This document shows positions 51,322-61,685 of a stretch of DNA of 64,000 nucleotides, in pieces. The position numbers were made by a program, and so were the translations under genes. The notes below the pieces were generated by a model that did not search any database, had not been told where the DNA came from, and saw nothing but the letters and a program-made list of their open reading frames with translations. The DNA is from Gemmataceae bacterium (GTDB taxonomy: Bacteria > Planctomycetota > Planctomycetia > Gemmatales > Gemmataceae), in assembly GCA_019636445.1 (NCBI GenBank), contig JAHBXO010000011.1, positions 39,997-103,996 of the forward strand. Reading direction: 5' to 3'. Numbering within the stretch: the stretch's first letter is position 1; each line of letters begins with the position of its first letter.

Positions 51322-51678
51322 TCAGCGGCCGCGCGGCGGATGGAACGGAACGGACGAGATGGAGATCGGGAGTTGGAACGAATCGGACAATGGGGGCTTC
51401 GACGGCGTATCGAATACGGTCGGTGATTGTGTGGTCGTCATGGCCCAATCGTTTGGCGATCTCGGCGTCGAAGTAGATGGCGCGGGAATCGGAGAATCGG
51501 ACGGCGACGCCGAACAATTCGGCCCCTGACACGGCTTCGCGGGAGTATCCGTCTCGGAATGGTTCAACGTGAGCATCGGCTCGCCACACCCGGCTCGCGC
51601 GTCCGACGACGACAACGCGAGCGCGATCAGCGCGATCGCGGGCATCAGACGAAACGGATTCGGGAGAGATCGAATCAT
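51322..51678 (-). CDS. Small secreted Cys-containing protein ending in FHPPR (candidate regulatory leader)
   Basis: Signal peptide ending DARA, GCG and CQGPNC, Pro/Ser-rich linker, C-terminal PFHPPRGR; directly upstream of the cytochrome operon. Confidence 0.65.
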   Translation of the reverse strand: MIRSLPNPFRLMPAIALIALALSSSDARAGCGEPMLTLNHSETDTPAKPCQGPNCSASPSDSPIPAPSTSTPRSPNDWAMTTTQSPTVFDTPSKPPLSDSFQLPISISSVPFHPPRGR

Positions 51679-51758
51679 GTGCGACGCAAGTGAATCGTTC
51701 GATCCTTCATGGTAGCCCGCAACGTAGTGGTAGCAATCTAATTTTTTCGAGGCCGCCG

Positions 51759-52748
51759 ATGTCGCTCCGTTACCTCGCCGCCGCGTGCCAGATCGATCGG
51801 CCCAATCCGAAACACCGGTCGGAGATCGCGGGGCGAACGTCGATCATGTTGACAATGGCCGAACGCGCCATCGTTGGCTATCGACCGTTCGGCGACGTTC
51901 GCCTGATCGCGTTTCCGGAGTTCGGCCACGCCGCCCCTGTTTACGAAACCGCCGGCGAACTCCTCGACAAACTCGCCGTGCCGATCCCGAACGAACACAC
52001 CGACCGATACGTCGAGTTCTGCAAACGCTATCGCTGCTACATCCAGACCGGTAGTTTCCTGGAATCCGATACGCGGTTCCCCGGCCACGTGTTCAATACC
52101 ACGTGCCTGATTTCGGCCGACGGCATCCTCTACAAGTACCGCAAGGTGAACCCATGGATTCCGTGGGAAGTCCACACCAGCCCGCACGACATCCCGGACT
52201 TCCCGGATCCACTCTTCCCGGTCGCGGACACCGAGATCGGCCGCATCGGCGCGGCCATCTGCTACGACTGGCTGTTCCCCGAGGCGATCCGCGAGTTGGC
52301 GCTGGGCGGGGCGGAAGTGCTCGTGCGCGTCTCGGCATACATGGACCCGTGGGGAGCGACACCGCCGATGGACTGGTGGACGGTGGTGAACCGCTGCCGG
52401 GCGATCGAAAACCTTGCCTACGTCGTGGCGTCCAATCAGGCGGCGAGCTTGGACAACTATCCGCCGTTCTCGTGGCCGGGCGGGAGCATGATCGTGGATT
52501 ACGACGGCCGGATTCTGGCGCAAGCCGACCCGGGGCCGGGCGAGAAGATCGTTGTCGCGGGGATCGACATCGCCGCGTTGCGAGCCGAACGCGAGCGCCG
52601 CGCCGGCCACCACATGCTCGGCCACCTGCGGACGGAGGCGTATCCACGGCAGCGACGGCCGGTCTACCCGCAAACCGGGCAGGTGCCGACGCTGGCGGAC
52701 AACGAAACGGCGATCGGCAAGGGCAAGACCGCGTTCGATGGCCGCTAG
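51759..52748 (+). CDS. Nitrilase/carbon-nitrogen hydrolase family protein
   Basis: Catalytic triad E (FPEF), K (YRKV), C (ICYD). Confidence 0.88.
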   Translation: MSLRYLAAACQIDRPNPKHRSEIAGRTSIMLTMAERAIVGYRPFGDVRLIAFPEFGHAAPVYETAGELLDKLAVPIPNEHTDRYVEFCKRYRCYIQTGSFLESDTRFPGHVFNTTCLISADGILYKYRKVNPWIPWEVHTSPHDIPDFPDPLFPVADTEIGRIGAAICYDWLFPEAIRELALGGAEVLVRVSAYMDPWGATPPMDWWTVVNRCRAIENLAYVVASNQAASLDNYPPFSWPGGSMIVDYDGRILAQADPGPGEKIVVAGIDIAALRAERERRAGHHMLGHLRTEAYPRQRRPVYPQTGQVPTLADNETAIGKGKTAFDGR

Positions 52749-52761
52749 GGTCGTCGCGAGT

Positions 52762-55116
52762 TCAACTGCCCTTCCATTTCCAATCGCGAATCTCCGGCAG
52801 GTCCTCGCCGACCTCCGCGATGTACGCCTTGTGCTCGGCCCGCTTGCGCAGCAATAGCTCGGCGACTTTGCCGGCGCTGGCCGCCAAGCCCGGCACGCGG
52901 GTGATGACGTCCAACGCCAGCTTGTAGCGGTCCAAGTCGTTCATCACCACCATGTCGAACGGCGTCGACGTCGTACCCTCTTCCTTGTAGCCGCGGACGT
53001 GAAGGTTCCCGTGGTTCCTTCTTCGGTAGGTGAGGCGGTGGATCAGCCACGGGTAGCCATGGAACGCGAAGATAATCGGTTTGTCCGTCGTGAAGAGGGC
53101 GTCGAACTCGGCGTCGGGCAAGCCGTGCGGGTGCTCGCTCGGCGATTGCAGTTTCATTAGGTCCACAATGTTGACGAGTCGCACCTTCACGTTCGGCAGG
53201 TGTTCGCGGAGGAATTCAACCGCCGCGAGCGACTCGAGCGTCGGTACGTCTCCGCAGCACGCAAGAACCACGTCCGGCTCACCGGAACTGCTTGCCCACT
53301 CCCAGACTCCGATGCCGGCGGCACAGTGTTTCTCGGCCGCGTCCACATCCAGCCATTGCGGCGCCGGCTGTTTCCCGGCTACGACCACGTTGACGTAATT
53401 CTTGCTCTTCAAACAATGCTGCGTCACGCTCAGCAGCGTGTTCGCATCGGGCGGCAAATAGACGCGGATCACGTTCGACTTCTTGTTGACGACATGATCG
53501 ATGAATCCGGGGTCCTGATGGCTGAAGCCGTTGTGGTCCTGCCGCCAGACGTGGGACGTCAGCAGGTAGTTCAACGACGCGATCGGCTTGCGCCAGGGAA
53601 TCTCGTGACAGACCTTCAACCACTTCGCGTGCTGGTTGAACATGCTGTCGATGATGTGGATGAACGCCTCGTAGCAGTTGAAGAACCCGTGCCGTCCCGT
53701 GAGGAGGTAGCCTTCGAGCCATCCTTGGCACTGGTGCTCGCTGAGGACTTCGAGCACACGGCCGTCGGGCGACGTCAGGTCCGCGTTCGGCGGGACGGGG
53801 TCGACATAACATCGCTTCGTCACTTCGAAGACATCCTGCCAGCGGTTGGACGCGTTCTCGTCCGGGCTGACGATGCGGAAGTTTTTCGCATCCATGTTCA
53901 ACTTCATCACGTCGCGCAGATACTTGCCCTGGATGCGGGTGCTCTCCAGTTCGACGGCACCCGGATTCGGCACGGTCACGGCGTAATCTCGCCAGTTCGG
54001 CAACTTCAACTCTTGCAGGAGCAATCCGCCGTTGGCGTGCGGGTTCGCGCCCATCCGGCGATTCCCCGTTGGCGCGAGCGCCGCCAACTCCGGCTTCAAC
54101 GATCCGGAGTCGTCGAACAGTTCCTCCGGCCGATAGCTCTTCAGCCAGCCCTCGAGAACTTTCACGTGTTCCGGCTTGCGAGCGTCCCCCATCGGAACCT
54201 GGTGCGACCGCCACGAATTCTCCACGATCTTCCCATCGATTTCGCGCGGGCAGGTCCACCCTTTCGGCGAACGCAGCACGATCATTGGCCAGCGCGGCCG
54301 GCCGGAGAATCCCTTCGTGCGAGCCTGATGCCAGATGTCGCGGATGCGCTTCACGACGATGTCCATCGCTTGCGCCATGAGTTGATGCATCGTCGCGGGG
54401 TCGGAGCCTTCGACGAAATACGGCTCGTAGCCGTAGCCGATCATCAGCGATTTCAACTCCTCGTGCGGCATCAGCGAGAGCAGCGTCGGGTTGGCGATCT
54501 TGTAGCCGTTGAGGTGCAGGATCGGCAGCACCGCGCCGTCACGGACCGGGTTGAGGAATTTGTTCCCGTGCCAGCCGGTGGCGAGCGGACCGGTCTCGGC
54601 CTCGCCGTCACCGATCACGGTCGCGGCAATCAGGTCCGGGTTGTCGAAGATGGCTCCGAACGCGTGCGAGAGCGCGTAGCCCAGTTCGCCACCCTCGTGC
54701 ATCGATCCGGGTGTCTCCGGCGCCGCGTGGGACGGGATCCCGCCCGGAAAGCTGAACTGCTTGAAGAGCGTCTTCAGGCCGGCGAGATCCTTCGATACGT
54801 TTGGATAAACCTCGGTGTATGTCCCTTCGAGGTAGGTGTTCGCGACCATGCCCGGCCCGCCGTGCCCTGGTCCGCAGATGTAGAGGATGTTCAAGTCGTC
54901 CCGCTTAATGACCCGGTTGAGGTGGGCATAGATGAAGTTCAAGCCGGGCGTCGTGCCCCAGTGGCCGAGGAGCCGGGGCTTGATGTGGTCGCGCGTCAAC
55001 GGTTGTCGGAGAAGCGGATTATCGAAGAGGTAGATCTGTCCGACGGAGAGATAATTCGCCGCCCGCCAGTAGGCATCAATGCGTTCAAGTTCCGTCGGGT
55101 TCAGTGGTCCGTTCAT
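52762..55116 (-). CDS. xfp: Phosphoketolase (XFP)
   Basis: [54 protein letters not shown]. Confidence 0.96.
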   Translation of the reverse strand: MNGPLNPTELERIDAYWRAANYLSVGQIYLFDNPLLRQPLTRDHIKPRLLGHWGTTPGLNFIYAHLNRVIKRDDLNILYICGPGHGGPGMVANTYLEGTYTEVYPNVSKDLAGLKTLFKQFSFPGGIPSHAAPETPGSMHEGGELGYALSHAFGAIFDNPDLIAATVIGDGEAETGPLATGWHGNKFLNPVRDGAVLPILHLNGYKIANPTLLSLMPHEELKSLMIGYGYEPYFVEGSDPATMHQLMAQAMDIVVKRIRDIWHQARTKGFSGRPRWPMIVLRSPKGWTCPREIDGKIVENSWRSHQVPMGDARKPEHVKVLEGWLKSYRPEELFDDSGSLKPELAALAPTGNRRMGANPHANGGLLLQELKLPNWRDYAVTVPNPGAVELESTRIQGKYLRDVMKLNMDAKNFRIVSPDENASNRWQDVFEVTKRCYVDPVPPNADLTSPDGRVLEVLSEHQCQGWLEGYLLTGRHGFFNCYEAFIHIIDSMFNQHAKWLKVCHEIPWRKPIASLNYLLTSHVWRQDHNGFSHQDPGFIDHVVNKKSNVIRVYLPPDANTLLSVTQHCLKSKNYVNVVVAGKQPAPQWLDVDAAEKHCAAGIGVWEWASSSGEPDVVLACCGDVPTLESLAAVEFLREHLPNVKVRLVNIVDLMKLQSPSEHPHGLPDAEFDALFTTDKPIIFAFHGYPWLIHRLTYRRRNHGNLHVRGYKEEGTTSTPFDMVVMNDLDRYKLALDVITRVPGLAASAGKVAELLLRKRAEHKAYIAEVGEDLPEIRDWKWKGS

Positions 55117-56189
55117 GGGGCGTCTCCGAGAAGGGCTGCGGTGTGGCGGGCGATGACCGATTCTTCGTCCGTGGGCAGTTGGTAGATCTCAACCGTACTG
55201 TCGGAGGCGTGCAATAGCCGTTCCGATTTCGCGTTGGCATTCGAATCGAGGCGTGCCCCGAGCCAGGCGAGACGGTCGCAGATTCGCTGACGCACGGGCG
55301 CGGAGTGCTCGCCGATGCCGGCGGTGAATACGATCGCATCCAGCCCGTTGAGAACAGTCGCGGCGGCCGCGATTTCCTTGGCGACGCAACGGCAGAAGAG
55401 TTCGACGGCTTCCGCGGCTTCTGGTTCTTTGGCACTCAACAAGATGCGCATGTCCGAGCTGATGCCCGAGACCCCGAGCAGACCGGATTGGTGTCCGAGC
55501 ACGCGTTCCACGACATTCAGACTACCTTCGATTTTTATGAGTTGAATCACGACGCCGGGGTCGAGTCGGTCGGACCTCGCAGACATGAGCAGCCCGTCGA
55601 GCGGCGTGTAGCCCATGGTCGTCGTAAGGCTCGTCCGGTCGAGCATTCCACACAAACTCGCCCCATTGCCCAGGTGACAGACGACGGTTTTGCCGCTCGC
55701 GGCCGCTGGTGAGACCGCAGGCAGTTGGCCCGCGATCGACTCGTACGAAAGACCGTGGAAGCCGTAACGACGAATGCCTTGGCGGTAGTAACGGCGCGGA
55801 ATACCGAACATCCGCTCCATTAGCGGGAGTGTCGCGTGGAACGCCGTGTCGAAGCAGGCGACCTGGGGCACACCGGGGCAAAGCCGTTGGACGGCGCGAA
55901 TGCCAGCGATCGCGCCGGGCAGGTGCAGCGGGGCGAGCGGTTCGAGGCGCTCCAGATTGGTGAATGTTTCGGCATCGATCCAGACTGGAGCGGTGAAGTC
56001 GTCGCCGCCGTGGACGAGTCGGTGCCCTATGGCATCGAACCGAGCCGTTTGCGATTCAAGGATCGCCTCCACGGTGGCATCGATGTCGGTCGACTCGACG
56101 GTCGCGCCCGCGACGCGGCGGTCGCCGTCGAACCTCGCCCATTTGACGGTCGACGAGCCGGCGTTCAGAACCAGGATGGAGCGCGACAT
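55113..56189 (-). CDS. ackA: Acetate kinase
   Basis: [48 protein letters not shown]; ATGA overlap with xfp. Confidence 0.93.
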   Translation of the reverse strand: MSRSILVLNAGSSTVKWARFDGDRRVAGATVESTDIDATVEAILESQTARFDAIGHRLVHGGDDFTAPVWIDAETFTNLERLEPLAPLHLPGAIAGIRAVQRLCPGVPQVACFDTAFHATLPLMERMFGIPRRYYRQGIRRYGFHGLSYESIAGQLPAVSPAAASGKTVVCHLGNGASLCGMLDRTSLTTTMGYTPLDGLLMSARSDRLDPGVVIQLIKIEGSLNVVERVLGHQSGLLGVSGISSDMRILLSAKEPEAAEAVELFCRCVAKEIAAAATVLNGLDAIVFTAGIGEHSAPVRQRICDRLAWLGARLDSNANAKSERLLHASDSTVEIYQLPTDEESVIARHTAALLGDAP

Positions 56190-56218
56190 GGACGGCCCCG
56201 GCGATCTGGAAAATGAAC

Positions 56219-56252
56219 AACCCCTGCGATCCGATGGCGGATCGCAGGGGTT
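56219..56252. terminator. Perfect 15-bp hairpin (terminator or REP-like) after the barrel gene
   Basis: AACCCCTGCGATCCG-ATGG-CGGATCGCAGGGGTT; followed on the minus strand by the T-rich GTTCATTTT. Confidence 0.6.
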
Positions 56253-56301
56253 ATTGTAGTCCACAGGCCGAGCGATTGCAGACTCGCGTGTCCGAATTCG
56301 A

Positions 56302-58194
56302 TCAGTACTGCAGCACGACTTCCATGAAGAGCGAGCCGAGCGGGTTGACCGAGTCGTCCTGGCGGTTGTAGAGCTGGCGGAAGCCGCCGCCGGGAACGAA
56401 CACGGACGCACCGCTGAGGATGATGACGTTGTTGTTCAGCACGGGCCGCCATTCAAACAGCGTGCTGAAGTCCGCACCGATATCGCGGTCGATCTTGTTC
56501 TGATAGACGAACTGCTCGAGGACGGCGGTCTTGTTGAACCACATGAAGTTGGCGTTGTTGACGACGCGGAATCGCGGCGTGATGTCGGCGTCGAACCCGA
56601 AGTTGATGAGTTCGAGGCCGGGGTTCACGAAGTTCGTCTGGCCCTGGATCTTGCTGGAACGAAGGCCGTTGAACAACGAGTTCCGCTGGACCAGTTGCAC
56701 CCCGAAGAGCGGCAGGTTCTGGCGGTTGTAGAAGCTGCCTTCGCCGGCGAAGACGGTGTTGTCCAAGATGGAGTCGAAGCCGGTGGCGCGGCCGTTGGAA
56801 ACATTGCTATCGCCGGACGCCCACAAGCCCGACACGCGGAAGCGTGCCCAGTCGCGGTCGTAGGAGAGTTCCAGAGCCGCCATCTGGGCGCTGATCGACT
56901 GGGGTTTGCCGGCGAGCGGGTTCTTGCTGTCTCGGCCCAAGGCCCAGTAGAAGGCGTGCGAGACGTTGAAACGGTCGATGTGGCCGTCGCCCGCGAAGCC
57001 GAGATAGGCGACTTCGACGCGGTGGGGCTGGAAGATCCCCGTGGGGTCCGGCCGCACAAGGAATCGGTTGCGGTCGAACAGCGTATCCGGTCCATCGTTG
57101 TTGTAATGCACGCTGCCTTGCAGGGTGTAGCCGGGGAAGATGAAGTCCTGGCGGTAGTAGTTCGCGATGAGGATGTTCTGATCGCGGTCCTCCATCGTAT
57201 TGAGGCCGCTGTTCGTTTCCTTTTCGAGCTGGCGGAAGAATGCGAGGTTGTACTGGTCCCGGTTGCCGTTGCGCGTCCCGAAGAGGCGGACGCCGCGGTT
57301 GGTGTCGCTGAAGATGAAGCCGCGGAAGTCGGAGCTGAACGGCTGGTTACCGGCCCGGATCGACATGAAGTCGTATTCCGGGCTGGTGTCCGCGATCTTG
57401 ATTTCCCCGAACGCCTCCTGGAGCGCGAACCACGAGCGGCCCCGCTGGGTGCCCTTGCGCACGTCGGGGCTGACGACGGCCAACTCGTCCACGTCGATGA
57501 AGTTCGCATTGAACGCCGGCGTGATCTTCACGCGCCAGTCCATCGGCTTGAACGCGGCCGTGTCGCCGTGGAACAAGTCGAACGACATCGTGAACAGTTG
57601 CGAATACAGGAACTGGTTCGGCCGGCCGAAGTTCTCGAACTGGAACGGCCGCGCCGTGGATTCGAACGGCGTCGTCGCCGTCGGAATCTGACGACCTTCG
57701 AACAGCGAGATGCTCGTCGCGGTCATGTTCAGGAACGTGTGCTGCCCGTAGATCGGGTAGTCGCCCTTCAGCACGTTCAGGTTGTACGGGTCGATGGCGC
57801 GACCGAGACGGTAGGCCGAATCGGCGATCCACTTGCGGCTGTTGCCGTAGCGGTCCCATTCCGGGAAGCCGAGGCGCCAGCGGTCCTCGACCGTGACGAA
57901 CTCGGCGTTCGACCCGCTGCGCGGAATCACCGTGCTGGGCCCGGCGAAGCCGAGCGGTGGATCGAACGGCGGCGCGGTGAGCACGTCGGTGGCGCTCACG
58001 GGCACGACTTCCATCCCGTCGCCCGGCTTCGGTTCGAGCGTCCGCTCGGACGGATCGCGCGGCAGCGGGCGGGTCGGGTCGTCCAATTGCACCTTCACCG
58101 GTGCGGGCGCAGGCGGCGATTGCGCCGACGCGGTGGCGGCTCCGACCAACACGGCCGCGGCGGATAGCAACCGGATTCGGGTCAACAGTCTCAT
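56302..58194 (-). CDS. Predicted outer-membrane beta-barrel protein of unknown function
   Basis: Signal peptide, Pro-rich linker, many amphipathic aromatic-rich strands, C-terminal FMEVVLQY. Confidence 0.65.
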   Translation of the reverse strand: MRLLTRIRLLSAAAVLVGAATASAQSPPAPAPVKVQLDDPTRPLPRDPSERTLEPKPGDGMEVVPVSATDVLTAPPFDPPLGFAGPSTVIPRSGSNAEFVTVEDRWRLGFPEWDRYGNSRKWIADSAYRLGRAIDPYNLNVLKGDYPIYGQHTFLNMTATSISLFEGRQIPTATTPFESTARPFQFENFGRPNQFLYSQLFTMSFDLFHGDTAAFKPMDWRVKITPAFNANFIDVDELAVVSPDVRKGTQRGRSWFALQEAFGEIKIADTSPEYDFMSIRAGNQPFSSDFRGFIFSDTNRGVRLFGTRNGNRDQYNLAFFRQLEKETNSGLNTMEDRDQNILIANYYRQDFIFPGYTLQGSVHYNNDGPDTLFDRNRFLVRPDPTGIFQPHRVEVAYLGFAGDGHIDRFNVSHAFYWALGRDSKNPLAGKPQSISAQMAALELSYDRDWARFRVSGLWASGDSNVSNGRATGFDSILDNTVFAGEGSFYNRQNLPLFGVQLVQRNSLFNGLRSSKIQGQTNFVNPGLELINFGFDADITPRFRVVNNANFMWFNKTAVLEQFVYQNKIDRDIGADFSTLFEWRPVLNNNVIILSGASVFVPGGGFRQLYNRQDDSVNPLGSLFMEVVLQY

Positions 58195-58486
58195 CGCGTT
58201 CTCCCGCGCTCGCCCGCCGGTCGATCGCAGCGGTGGGTCCCCCGCTCCGACCTTCATGCGAATGGCGATCTTCGGGGAAGTATCGGCCTTCGCCGCGCCG
58301 AACATGAGGAAAGCAACGATTCTTCGCGTCGGGCAATTTGGGCAATCTGCAGGCTTGCCCAGCCCACCCAGACACTCGCCGGCTCTCGCGAACTGAAACC
58401 ATTTACGACATTCCTTGCGATTTCCCCTGACGATTTTGCCGATTGTACGGGGAAGAGGGATTCGACGGCCTCACGGACGGGAGCGG

Positions 58487-60877
58487 ATGATGAACACGAT
58501 CAACGAGCCGACGGCGCGACGCATTCGCCTGCTGGTCGAGGCGCTCGAACGCCGCGAGCAGCCGGCCGTGCTGGCCACCTTGAACGGCGGTGTGCTGGAC
58601 GTGACCGGCGACGCCGCCGACAACCGAATCAACGTCTTCCGTCAGGGGACGGAAATCGTCGTCACCGAACAGGGTCTCGAGATCGGCCGCTTCGCCGCGG
58701 CCGCCATCACCAACGGTATCCGCATGGAAGGCGGTGCCGGCGACGACGTGCTCAAGATCGACCCGCACGTCTTCATCAACGCCACGCTCAGCGGTGGCGA
58801 TGGCGACGACCGGATCAGCGGCGGCGGGGCCATCAACGTCATCAACGGCGGCAATGGCAACGACGTCCTCAAGGGCGGTCTTGGCGCCAACACCTTCGAC
58901 GGCGGCGCCGGCCTGAACAACATCTACCGCGTCGGTCGCAACGACACCGTCGCCGCGGGCAACCCGAACACGCAGTTCATCCGCGAGAGCGTCATCCCGC
59001 CATCGACGACTTCGCTCGGCCAACCGCAGGAGACGCTCACCGCGGCGGAAGTGGAAACGCTCCTCCAGCGGGCGAGCGCCGCCTCGGCGTCCAACGACGC
59101 CATCATCGCCATCCTCGACCGCAACGGCCGCATCCTCGGCGTGCGCGTCGAAGCCGGCGTCGACCCCGCCATCGCCGGCAACAACGCGAACCTCGTCTTC
59201 GCCATCGACGGTGCCGTCGCCAAGGCCCGCACCGGTGCCTTCTTCGGCAACAACGCCGGACCGCTGACTTCGCGTACCATCCAGAACATCTCCGAAAGCA
59301 CCATCACCCAGCGCGAAGTCGAATCGAACCCGAACATCACCGACCCGAATTCCACCGTTCGCGGGCCCGGCTTCATCGCCAACGTCACCACCGGCGGCCA
59401 CTTCCCGCACAACATCGCCTTCACGCCGCAGGTCGACCTCTTCCAGATCGAACACACCAACCGCGACGGTACCTTCCACGTCGGACCCGACGGCATCAAG
59501 GGCACCATCGACGATGTCCTGCTCCAGCAGCGCTTCGACCTGCCCGACGCATTCGTGCCCGCAGGACAGGAACTCTTCCCGCCTGATTCCTTCGGCTTCG
59601 AATCCGGCATGCTCCCCGGCGCCCAGGGCCGCGGCATCGCCACGCTCCCCGGCGGCATCCCCATCCTCAAAAAAGGTCAGGTCGTCGGCGGCATCGGCGT
59701 CTTCTTCCCCGGAAAGACCGGCTACGCCACCGAAGAGAATTCCTCGCTGAGCAACACCTTCGACCCGACCAAACCCGACCGCACGCTCGAAGCCGAATGG
59801 ATCGCCTTCGCCGCGCTCGGCGGCGAACCGGGACCGATCGGCGGCGTCGCTCTCCCGTCCCAGATCACGCCCCTGACGGCAATCAAAGATCTGCTGGACC
59901 AGCTCAACCTCAACAGCATCTACCTCGTCGGCATCAATCTCGAGATCTTCGGCCCCGGCATTCCCGAAGAAGGGATTCGAACGCTGCAGCAAATCGGTTC
60001 GGTCGTCGGCCGCGGCGACCCGAACGGCGGCGTGAACATGGCTGTCGACGCCGACGCCAACAACGACGGAAACGCCAACGACCCCGTCATCTTCCGCGAC
60101 GGCCTCCGCGTGCCCGAAGGCTGGCTCGTCACCCCGCACAACGGCGCCGACATTACCGCCGCCGAAGTCGAGGACATCATCAACCGCGGCATCACCCAGG
60201 CCATGGCCACCCGCGCCGCCATCCGCCTCCCGCTCGGCAGTCGTTCCGGTATGGTCTTCGCCGTCTCCGACATCAACGGCGAGATCGTCGGCCTCTACCG
60301 CATGCCCGACGCCACGATCTTCTCCATCGATGTCGCCGTCGCGAAGGCGCGCAACGTCGGCTACTACGCCGATGCCAGTTCCCTCCAGGCCATCGACCAG
60401 ATCCCGGGCATTCCCGCCGGCACGGCCCTGACCAACCGCAGCTTCCGTTACCTCGGCGAGCCACGCTTCCCGCTCGGCATCGACGGCACCCCGCCCGGGC
60501 CGTTCTCCCAACTCAACGACGACCTCGGCATCGACCCGCTCACCGGCCTGCAGGTCGGCCCCCGCGCCCCGGCCTCGCAGTTCCAGTCCGTCGTCGGCTT
60601 CGACTCCTTCAACCCCGGCACCAACTTCCGGGACCCCAACAACATCACCCGCCAGAACGGGATCGTCTTCTTCCCCGGCAGCGCCCCGCTCTACAAGAAC
60701 GGCCGGCTCGTCGGCGGCTTCGGCGTCTCCGGCGACGGTGTCGACCAGGACGACGTGGTGACGGATGCCGGCCAGCGCAACTTCGGCGTGCCGCTGACCG
60801 TCAACCGGATCGACCAACTCTTCGTCCGTGGCGTCCGCGTGCCGTACCAGAAGAACCTCCGCAACCCGCTGGGGTGA
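58487..60877 (+). CDS. Extracellular protein with RTX-like repeats and two GlcG/HbpS (heme-binding-like) domains
   Basis: LLVEALERREQPA export motif; GGAGDD/GGDGDD/GGNGND repeats; two A(V)AKAR...(L/F)PG.P......VGG(I/F)GV units. Confidence 0.75.
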   Translation: MMNTINEPTARRIRLLVEALERREQPAVLATLNGGVLDVTGDAADNRINVFRQGTEIVVTEQGLEIGRFAAAAITNGIRMEGGAGDDVLKIDPHVFINATLSGGDGDDRISGGGAINVINGGNGNDVLKGGLGANTFDGGAGLNNIYRVGRNDTVAAGNPNTQFIRESVIPPSTTSLGQPQETLTAAEVETLLQRASAASASNDAIIAILDRNGRILGVRVEAGVDPAIAGNNANLVFAIDGAVAKARTGAFFGNNAGPLTSRTIQNISESTITQREVESNPNITDPNSTVRGPGFIANVTTGGHFPHNIAFTPQVDLFQIEHTNRDGTFHVGPDGIKGTIDDVLLQQRFDLPDAFVPAGQELFPPDSFGFESGMLPGAQGRGIATLPGGIPILKKGQVVGGIGVFFPGKTGYATEENSSLSNTFDPTKPDRTLEAEWIAFAALGGEPGPIGGVALPSQITPLTAIKDLLDQLNLNSIYLVGINLEIFGPGIPEEGIRTLQQIGSVVGRGDPNGGVNMAVDADANNDGNANDPVIFRDGLRVPEGWLVTPHNGADITAAEVEDIINRGITQAMATRAAIRLPLGSRSGMVFAVSDINGEIVGLYRMPDATIFSIDVAVAKARNVGYYADASSLQAIDQIPGIPAGTALTNRSFRYLGEPRFPLGIDGTPPGPFSQLNDDLGIDPLTGLQVGPRAPASQFQSVVGFDSFNPGTNFRDPNNITRQNGIVFFPGSAPLYKNGRLVGGFGVSGDGVDQDDVVTDAGQRNFGVPLTVNRIDQLFVRGVRVPYQKNLRNPLG

Positions 60878-61111
60878 TGCGAGCGCCATCGGAAGGGCGG
60901 TCGGACAAAAAACGGACGGCTCCGTCGCGGCGAATTCGCCACGACGGAGCCGGTTCTTTTCCAGATCGAAGATCGCCCTCGCCGCCCGTTCGGCCACCTC
61001 CGGGTCGGGGTGTGCGAGTTGGACCCGATAGACGAGCATGGCCGCGAAAGCCGAATCGTGCGGCGTGCGGCGGTCTGTTCGATGAGCGGCGGTCGGTGTG
61101 GCGGTGAGCAT
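60878..61111 (-). CDS. Possible small hypothetical gene whose frame lacks a stop until 58403
   Basis: GGAG 6-7 nt before ATG 61111; MLTATPTAAH...AARAIFDLEKNRLRR reads as protein-like; frame then runs antisense through the GlcG gene. Confidence 0.35.
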
Positions 61112-61241
61112 GGAATCACTCCGAAAGCCCAGTCGGCCGAAGCGTTCGCGATGAGTGGACAAAAGTCAAGTAAAATGAAAATGAGGCCATTCGGAGGGAG
61201 GGTATCACGATTGTTGGCGGCGAAAGCGTTTCGTCCGCGTG

Positions 61242-61468
61242 TCTTCAGTCCGAAGGACTGGGAGTGCATAGCCCAGGGCGAGGAGGCTTTGCGACGACGC
61301 CCTGGGTAGCGAGCGAAAAAATCCACAGCCCGAAGGGCTGAGACAAGACGCTTCTCGGCCGGGAATCTGTCGCAGTCCTTCAGACTGCATGCGGTGTCGA
61401 TTGTGACCCAGGGCGTCGCCGAAGCGGCTCGCCCTGGGCTAAGCACTCCCAGTCCTTCGGACTGAAGA
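61242..61468. repeat. REPIN/MITE-like long inverted-repeat element
   Basis: Arms tcttcagtccgaaggactgggagtgc...agcccagggcg...cgccctggg and their reverse complement; internal CAGYCC...GGRCTG-type palindromes at 61246, 61326, 61373, 61450. Confidence 0.75.
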
Positions 61469-61685
61469 GGGCCAACCGTGTCGACAAAGGTTCCGCCAAC
61501 AAATGGGATGCTGACGCCGCGCCGTTCGCCGGGAATCGGTTTCGTCGTTGCATCCGCCGCGAACGACGGTGAGAATGGGGAGCGTCGAGGCCATCGCGTG
61601 TCCCCGGTGGGAGAAGCAGGCGAGATCGTCTCATCTAGCCGGAGTCGCTAGATGCTCGGTTTCGTACGGCGGAAGGACTTCGTGG

